Source: Candidatus Gastranaerophilales bacterium | GTDB taxonomy: Bacteria; Cyanobacteriota; Vampirovibrionia; Gastranaerophilales; Gastranaerophilaceae | Assembly: GCA_944324205.1 (NCBI GenBank) | Contig: CALUVK010000001.1 | Span: 1-32,839, forward strand | Length of the DNA stretch: 32,839 bases | Reading direction: 5' to 3' | Shown here: positions 27,684 through 32,839 of the stretch, one piece after another | Position numbering within the stretch: the stretch's first letter is position 1 | Layout: each line of letters begins with the position of its first letter | Notes under the pieces: generated by a model | Database searches by the model: none | The model's input: the letters and a program-made list of their open reading frames with translations, nothing else | What the model was told of the DNA's origin: nothing | Translations under genes and position numbers: made by a program

Positions 27684-28736
27684 TTATTTTTGAATATCTT
27701 TTACTGATAATGCAATTCTGTGTTCTTTCGGGGTGAATTTCTTAATAAGAACGTCAACTTCAGAACCTACTTTGAACATATTGAAAGGATTAACATTCTC
27801 ATCAGACATTTCAGAAACCGGAAGTAATGCTTCAACACCCGGGAAGATATTAATAAATGCACCGAATGTAGTTACTTTGTTAACAGTTCCTTTTACAATT
27901 TGTCCTTCTTCAAATTGTCCTTCAATTTGCTGCCAGGGGTTTTCGCCCATTCTCTTTAAGCTTAAAGAAATTCTCTTTAATTCATGATCAATTTTGATAA
28001 TTTTAACTTCAATAGTATCACCCAAAGATAAAACATCAGACGGATGTTTAATTCTCTGCCAAGAGATTTCAGAAATCGGAAGAAGTCCGTCAATACCGTT
28101 AATATCAACAAATGCGCCGAAATCTGTAATTCTTACAACATTACCTGAAACAATCTGATCTTCTTCAAGAGAAGAAAGAACATTATCTACAACCTGATCT
28201 CTCTGTTCAGCAACAGCCTGTCTTTGAGAAAGGATAAGTTTGTTTTTCTTAGGATCAGCTTCAAGAACCTTAACTTCGATTTTCTGGTCAATAAGTCCGT
28301 CAAACGGAGTGCCGGTTCTGAGTTGTGATGACGGAATAAATCCTTTTAAATCAGCAACATCAACTAATACACCGCCTTTAACAGTAGAAACAACTTTTGC
28401 AAGAATTGTGTCGCCTTGAATTTTAGCGTCATTAAGTTGTGCCCAAGCTTGAGCAAATGCAATTCTCTTGAGTGATAATTGCATAGGATCATCATTGTTT
28501 TCTTCTTTTAATACATAGAATTCTCTTGTATCACCAATTTCTAATTCTTCTGAATCACTTGAAAGTTCTTTGTTTGATAAAAATGCTTCCATTTTAGCAC
28601 CCTTAACGCTTACAAGATAACCTTCATTTTCTTTTTTAATTACTGTACCTTCAACGATATCAGCAACTGTGTTAGATTTAGCAAAGCTTTCTTCTAACAG
28701 CATTTCAAATTCGTCACGTACTTCTGTTGTTGTCAT
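27684..28736 (-). CDS. rpsA: 30S ribosomal protein S1 (short form, about four S1 domains)
   Basis: Repeated S1 motifs (KGGVLVD...GFIPSSQL; FGAFVDINGIDGLLPISEISW; FGAFINIFPGVEALL). Confidence 0.93.
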   Translation of the reverse strand: MTTTEVRDEFEMLLEESFAKSNTVADIVEGTVIKKENEGYLVSVKGAKMEAFLSNKELSSDSEELEIGDTREFYVLKEENNDDPMQLSLKRIAFAQAWAQLNDAKIQGDTILAKVVSTVKGGVLVDVADLKGFIPSSQLRTGTPFDGLIDQKIEVKVLEADPKKNKLILSQRQAVAEQRDQVVDNVLSSLEEDQIVSGNVVRITDFGAFVDINGIDGLLPISEISWQRIKHPSDVLSLGDTIEVKIIKIDHELKRISLSLKRMGENPWQQIEGQFEEGQIVKGTVNKVTTFGAFINIFPGVEALLPVSEMSDENVNPFNMFKVGSEVDVLIKKFTPKEHRIALSVKDIQK

Positions 28737-28775
28737 AATTTATATTCCTTTCTGTTTTGTTTTGGAAGAAGATTG

Positions 28776-28891
28776 GTTTAGAAGTTTAGAAGTTTATAAG
28801 TTTAGGAGTTGAGCAGAAATTTTAGATTATTTTTTATTGTCTAATATGTTTATCCAGAATCATCTTTTCTACTTAAAAACCTTTAAACTTC
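28776..28891. repeat. 8-bp tandem repeats with degenerate inverted copies
   Basis: GTTTAGAA GTTTAGAA GTTTATAA GTTTAGGA GTTGAGCA (28776-28815); inverted degenerate copies at 28868-28891 (TAAACTTC is the reverse complement of GAAGTTTA). Confidence 0.6.
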
Positions 28892-28897
28892 CATCCC

Positions 28898-29758
28898 TTA
28901 TCCCCTTATTCTTTCTATTACTTTGTCTATTATTGATTGAGGTGTTGAAGCTCCGGCTGTAACACCTACAGTTTCAACGCCTTTTAATAATTCTTTGTTT
29001 AGTTCTTTATCATTTTCAATGTGAATTGTTTTAGTGCAGTCTTTTAAAATTTCTGCGAGATGAGTTGTATTGGCACTTTTTTTAGAACCTACAACTATCA
29101 TCAAATCACTTTCTTTTGCAAGTTCCTTTGCTTCTTTCTGTCTCATGGAAGTTGACTGGCAGATTGTGTTATAAATTAAAACCTCTTTTGCAATCGTATT
29201 TAAGTAATTTACGACTAAATTTAAAGAAGAAACCATTTGTGTAGTCTGAACTACAACTCCTACTTTTTTATGTGATTTTATTTGAGCCTCATACGGCGCA
29301 AGCTCTTCTATGGTTGTCGCTACTACAACATTAGAAGAATATAAATCAGCATTAGCTTTTATTGCAATAACTTCCGGATGGTTTGGCTTCCCGACAATTA
29401 CAACAAAATAATCGTTTTTTGCTAATTCAACTGCGCGCTGCTGTACTTTTTTAACATCAGGACAAGTTAAATCAACAACTTCAAACCCTGCATTTTTGAT
29501 TTTTTCAAAAACATCCGGTGCCTCGCCATGACTTCTTACGATACAAATACCTTCACCTTTGGCGGGAATTTCATAAATAGTTTTAATTCCCAAATTTTCT
29601 AATTCTTTTATTACATCAGTATTATGTATTAATTCACCAAGAATATAAATATTTTTATCAGGATTTTCTTCTTTTAACTTTTTAGCAGTTTCAACGGCTC
29701 TTTTTACTCCGTAACAGAACCCTGCAAATTTGGCTAGTTTAATATTTGGATTACTCAA
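28898..29758 (-). CDS. ispH: 4-hydroxy-3-methylbut-2-enyl diphosphate reductase
   Basis: GFCYGVKRA, LIHN, RSHG, DLTCPDV, HPEV, QTT, NTIC, SANT, GVTAGASTP. Confidence 0.97.
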   Translation of the reverse strand: MSNPNIKLAKFAGFCYGVKRAVETAKKLKEENPDKNIYILGELIHNTDVIKELENLGIKTIYEIPAKGEGICIVRSHGEAPDVFEKIKNAGFEVVDLTCPDVKKVQQRAVELAKNDYFVVIVGKPNHPEVIAIKANADLYSSNVVVATTIEELAPYEAQIKSHKKVGVVVQTTQMVSSLNLVVNYLNTIAKEVLIYNTICQSTSMRQKEAKELAKESDLMIVVGSKKSANTTHLAEILKDCTKTIHIENDKELNKELLKGVETVGVTAGASTPQSIIDKVIERIRG

Positions 29759-29937
29759 AAATTTTTTAATTCGCTTTCTAAAGAGACTAGAGGATTTTCC
29801 TCAGTAGTAATATTAAATATTAAACATAAATTATTTTCAAGTTATACTTTTATTTTATTATAACTTTTATAGAGTTGATGTATAATATAAAGGTTATGGA
29901 TTAATCGGATTTTTACGATTATAAATAAGAGGTAATT

Positions 29938-30789
29938 ATGCCAAGACTTCCGGAGTATTTAAAACGTCCAATTATTGATACAGAAAAAACAAAGACTGTA
30001 AGAAGAATTTTAAAAACAAAATGCTTAAACACAGTTTGCGATGGTGCTAGATGTCCTAATAAGAGTGAGTGTTATTCTCATAATACTGCAACATTTTTAA
30101 TTATGGGTAATGTTTGTACACGCAATTGCCGTTACTGCAATATATCTTCTGCCCGTCCGGAATCTCTGGATAAAGATGAACCACGGCGCATTGCTGAAGC
30201 TGTAAAAGAGTTAGGATTAAAATTTGCTGTTATTACTTCTGTAACCCGTGATGATTTAGAAGACGGAGGGGCGGGGCATTTTAAGAAATGTGTTGAAGAA
30301 ATAAGAAAGGTTTCTGATGCAAAAGTTGAAATTTTGACTCCTGATTTTAAAGGAAAAGAGGAAGCTTTAAATAAAATTATAGAAGCTAATCCGGATGTTT
30401 TTAATCATAACATTGAAACAGTTAAATCTTTGTTTAAAACTGCGCGGCCGCAGGGAAATTATTCATTATCGCTGGAAGTTTTAAAATATATAAAAAAATA
30501 CTCTTCTATACCTGTAAAATCCGGTTTAATGGTCGGATTGGGAGAGACAATTGAAGAATTAGAAGAAACAATATCAGATTTAAAAAATACAGGAGTTGAT
30601 ATTTTAACGATAGGACAATATATTCAACCTTCGAAATTACATTTGCCAGTTAATAAGTATTATTCATTAATTGAATTTGAAAATTTGAAAAAACTGGTTA
30701 GTAAAGTTGGAATTAAAAATTATCAAATAGGTCCTTTGGTAAGAAGTTCTTATCATGCAAAAAAAAGTTTTGAAAGTATAGTGTATTAA
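29938..30789 (+). CDS. lipA: Lipoyl synthase
   Basis: CX4CX5C (CDGARCPNKSEC), radical SAM CTRNCRYC, C-terminal RSSY. Confidence 0.96.
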   Translation: MPRLPEYLKRPIIDTEKTKTVRRILKTKCLNTVCDGARCPNKSECYSHNTATFLIMGNVCTRNCRYCNISSARPESLDKDEPRRIAEAVKELGLKFAVITSVTRDDLEDGGAGHFKKCVEEIRKVSDAKVEILTPDFKGKEEALNKIIEANPDVFNHNIETVKSLFKTARPQGNYSLSLEVLKYIKKYSSIPVKSGLMVGLGETIEELEETISDLKNTGVDILTIGQYIQPSKLHLPVNKYYSLIEFENLKKLVSKVGIKNYQIGPLVRSSYHAKKSFESIVY

Positions 30790-30831
30790 AAACTGTTAAT
30801 TTAAATGCTTGAGACAATAAAACTCAAAATA

Positions 30832-30995
30832 ATGTCTAAAATTTTTTTATAAATTCTGATTGGCATAGATTTACATGCTGTGGTGATAAAATTCAAAACT
30901 TATTGCTTGAAATCAAAAAAGCGCAAGGATACTTGTTCGACAAAATGGATGCTTGAGGTTTTGATGTTAAGAATAACGCTTCATTGCAGATTTTA
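30832..30995 (+). pseudogene. Fragment of a Fic-family (DUF4172-type N-terminus) gene
   Basis: Translation NSDWHRFTCCGDKIQNLLLEIKKAQGYLFDKMDA*GFDVKNNASLQIL resembles 'dWP.FtW...l..lL..v...QG.L.Gkm..lGfd....a.L..L'; frameshift after ATG 30832, TGA at 30954, then truncation. Confidence 0.6.
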
Positions 30996-30999
30996 ATTA

Positions 31000-31112
31000 T
31001 TCCTTTACGGGAACAATTTGCAGTTTAAAACAAATCTGTAAGTATATATTCCCGAACGGGAATATATACTTGACAATCACTAAAAAAAGTATATAATATT
31101 CCTGTACGGTAA
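31000..31112 (+). promoter_or_regulatory. hipBA promoter with three palindromic operators
   Basis: TTCCTTTACGGGAA (31000), TTCCCGAACGGGAA (31049, inside a perfect 15-bp IR 31040-31071), TTCCTGTACGGTAA (31099); TTGACA 31070-75 and TATAAT 31092-97. Confidence 0.8.
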
Positions 31113-31125
31113 TATTTAGGTAAAT

Positions 31126-31335
31126 ATGATAATAAAATCTGCCCAAGATATAGGAAAAATAGTAAAAGAAGCTCGCAAAAAACAAAATTTTACACAAGTG
31201 CAGCTTGCTCAGCTTTCTAATGTCGGAACGCGCTTTTTATCTGATTTAGAGAATGGTAAACCGACTTGTGAAATTGATAAAGTAATAAAAGTTCTGGCAA
31301 ATTTAGGCATAAAATTAGAGGTAAATAATGGTTAA
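31126..31335 (+). CDS. hipB: HipB-like HTH antitoxin
   Basis: IGKIVKEARKKQNFTQVQLAQLSNVGTRFLSDLENGKPT (Xre HTH); overlaps the hipA start. Confidence 0.9.
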   Translation: MIIKSAQDIGKIVKEARKKQNFTQVQLAQLSNVGTRFLSDLENGKPTCEIDKVIKVLANLGIKLEVNNG

Positions 31336-32503
31336 AGAGCTCTCTGTAAGGTTGTATGGTTTGCAAGTCGGAGTTTTAAGACTTGTAAACGGTAAAATGG
31401 AATTTACGTATGATGAAGGGGTACAAAATCAGATTTCCTTAAGTTTGCCTCTTCAGAAAGAACCGTTTAAAGAAAAAGCCTGTCGGGCTTTTTTCGGAGG
31501 GTTACTGCCGGAAAATACCAATATGCGTGAATTGTTAGCTAAAAAATATAATATTAACGTTAATGATGATTTTAAGCTTTTAAAAGAAATCGGACGGGAT
31601 TGTGCGGGTGCGCTTTCTTTCCATGAGATGGAAGAGCCGCAAAAACATTACCAAATGGTAAAAATAGAAGGCTCGATTTTGTCAGAGGAAGAATTAAAGA
31701 AATATCTGGAAGAACTTCCTTATCGCCCGTATTTAGGAAAAAGATTATCGCTTGCCGGTGCTCAGGAAAAAACTGCAATTTGCGTTATTGATGATAAAAT
31801 TGCTTTGCCGGATGATGATGTTCCAACAACCCATATAATTAAAACAGCCTTGCCAAAATATAGCCAATCTATACAAAATGAATACATTTGTATGAAAGCT
31901 GCAAAGGAGATGGGACTTGATGTTGCCGATGTTGAGATTAGAAAAGCTGAAGATATATATTTTCTGTTAATTAAGCGTTTTGATAGGAAATATTCTAATA
32001 ATTTAGAGTGTGAACGTATTTTGCAAGAAGATTTTGCCCAAAGTCTTGGGGTTCAGGCAAGAGATAAGTATAAAGTTACGTTTAGGGACTGTTTAAAAGT
32101 TTTAAATCAAACCGCAACACCGGCAAATTCTAAATTAAAGTTCGTAAAACAGGTAATTTTTAATTATTTAATCGGAAACACAGATGCACATGCTAAAAAC
32201 TTCTCTGTATACCTGACTCAAGGAGATATTTCCTTAACACCGGCTTATGACTTATTATGCTCGAGTATTTATGATTGCGACCAAAGAATAGCAATGAAGA
32301 TAGGTAAAGCTAAGTATTATGCCGAGGTTGAAGCAAAAGACTGGGAAGTTTTTGCCCACGATTTGGATATATCGTATAAACTTGTTCAAACAGAACTTGC
32401 ACGGCAAAAAGAACTGTTACCGAAGGTTATTGAAAATCTCGCAAAAAAACTGGATTGTGAAGTTGGGTTTAAGATTTTGAGTTATGTAACCTCACGGATT
32501 TGA
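31328..32503 (+). CDS. hipA: HipA-family serine/threonine kinase toxin
   Basis: N-terminal coupling domain (ISLSLP, FFGGLLPE, IGRDCAGA), SLAGAQEK P-loop, RFDR, QEDF, GNTDAHAKNFS, PAYD. Confidence 0.94.
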   Translation: MVKELSVRLYGLQVGVLRLVNGKMEFTYDEGVQNQISLSLPLQKEPFKEKACRAFFGGLLPENTNMRELLAKKYNINVNDDFKLLKEIGRDCAGALSFHEMEEPQKHYQMVKIEGSILSEEELKKYLEELPYRPYLGKRLSLAGAQEKTAICVIDDKIALPDDDVPTTHIIKTALPKYSQSIQNEYICMKAAKEMGLDVADVEIRKAEDIYFLLIKRFDRKYSNNLECERILQEDFAQSLGVQARDKYKVTFRDCLKVLNQTATPANSKLKFVKQVIFNYLIGNTDAHAKNFSVYLTQGDISLTPAYDLLCSSIYDCDQRIAMKIGKAKYYAEVEAKDWEVFAHDLDISYKLVQTELARQKELLPKVIENLAKKLDCEVGFKILSYVTSRI

Positions 32504-32564
32504 AAGATTTAATAATAACAGCAGGGATAGCAATATTTGCCTTCTTTTTTTATTTTTTCATATA

Positions 32565-32839
32565 AATGGAGATAGCGCGTTAACGGTAATTATGTGATTA
32601 GCTGCGGGAATTAACTCCTTGCAAATCACTTCAGCCTCAGCTCACTCCCGCTCGACCCCGCTGACAAGGCTTTGTCTTGTGCGTGTTCTTAATTCTTGAT
32701 ACAATAAACCGGTAGTTTTATCAATGAGGGTGACAAGTAATTTTAATTTAAATAAGGCATATTAACATGTGTCACCCGACAATATGTTCTTTTCTTTTTG
32801 ATTACTTTTTCTTTTTAGTAAAGAAAAAGTAATGGAGAT
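32565..32839. repeat. Structured non-coding region bounded by direct repeat AATGGAGAT; several hairpins
   Basis: AATGGAGAT at 32565-73 and 32831-39; IRs GGGTGACA/TGTCACCC (32728/32770), ATTACTTTTTCTTT/AAAGAAAAAGTAAT (32801-32833), ACAAGGC/GTCTTGT, GTGATT/AATCAC. Confidence 0.5.

Noticed and set aside
29770-29805. Small hairpins upstream of ispH (GAGGA-TTT-TCCTC)
   Set aside because: Short and unsupported; cannot be distinguished from chance.
30997-31197. 66-aa minus-strand ORF
   Set aside because: Runs across the hipBA promoter and antisense to hipB; low complexity.
32565-32700. A complete tRNA gene
   Set aside because: No cloverleaf or TTCGA T-loop found; only an acceptor-end-like octamer.

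Overview
A low-GC (roughly 30% by eye), gene-dense bacterial chromosomal segment. The gene content points to a non-photosynthetic cyanobacterial relative such as Gastranaerophilales/Melainabacteria; this is inference from the class III prepilin-peptide protein, RpaA-like regulator, short S1 and LPS genes. Housekeeping genes are thrB, coaD, rseP, kdsC, gshA, rsmA, uvrC, rpsA, ispH and lipA. The window also holds a divergently arranged minimal Wsp-like chemosensory cluster (CheW-CheW, REC-GGDEF, sensor-less MCP, CheA-REC), a two-component pair, two glycosyltransferases, a pilin-like protein and a hipBA module next to a Fic pseudogene. Most notable: (1) a 1298-aa flagellin whose variable region is four repeated modules each followed by RTX-type Ca2+-binding repeats, preceded by a sigma70 promoter and a structured leader that can hide the RBS; (2) a candidate oriC upstream of thrB with about 11 non-canonical DnaA-box-like 9-mers and an AT-rich unwinding element; (3) an apparently circularly permuted LysM-like insert in RseP; (4) strong over-representation of the palindrome TCCGGA/CCGG. 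All calls come from motif reading; no database search was run.
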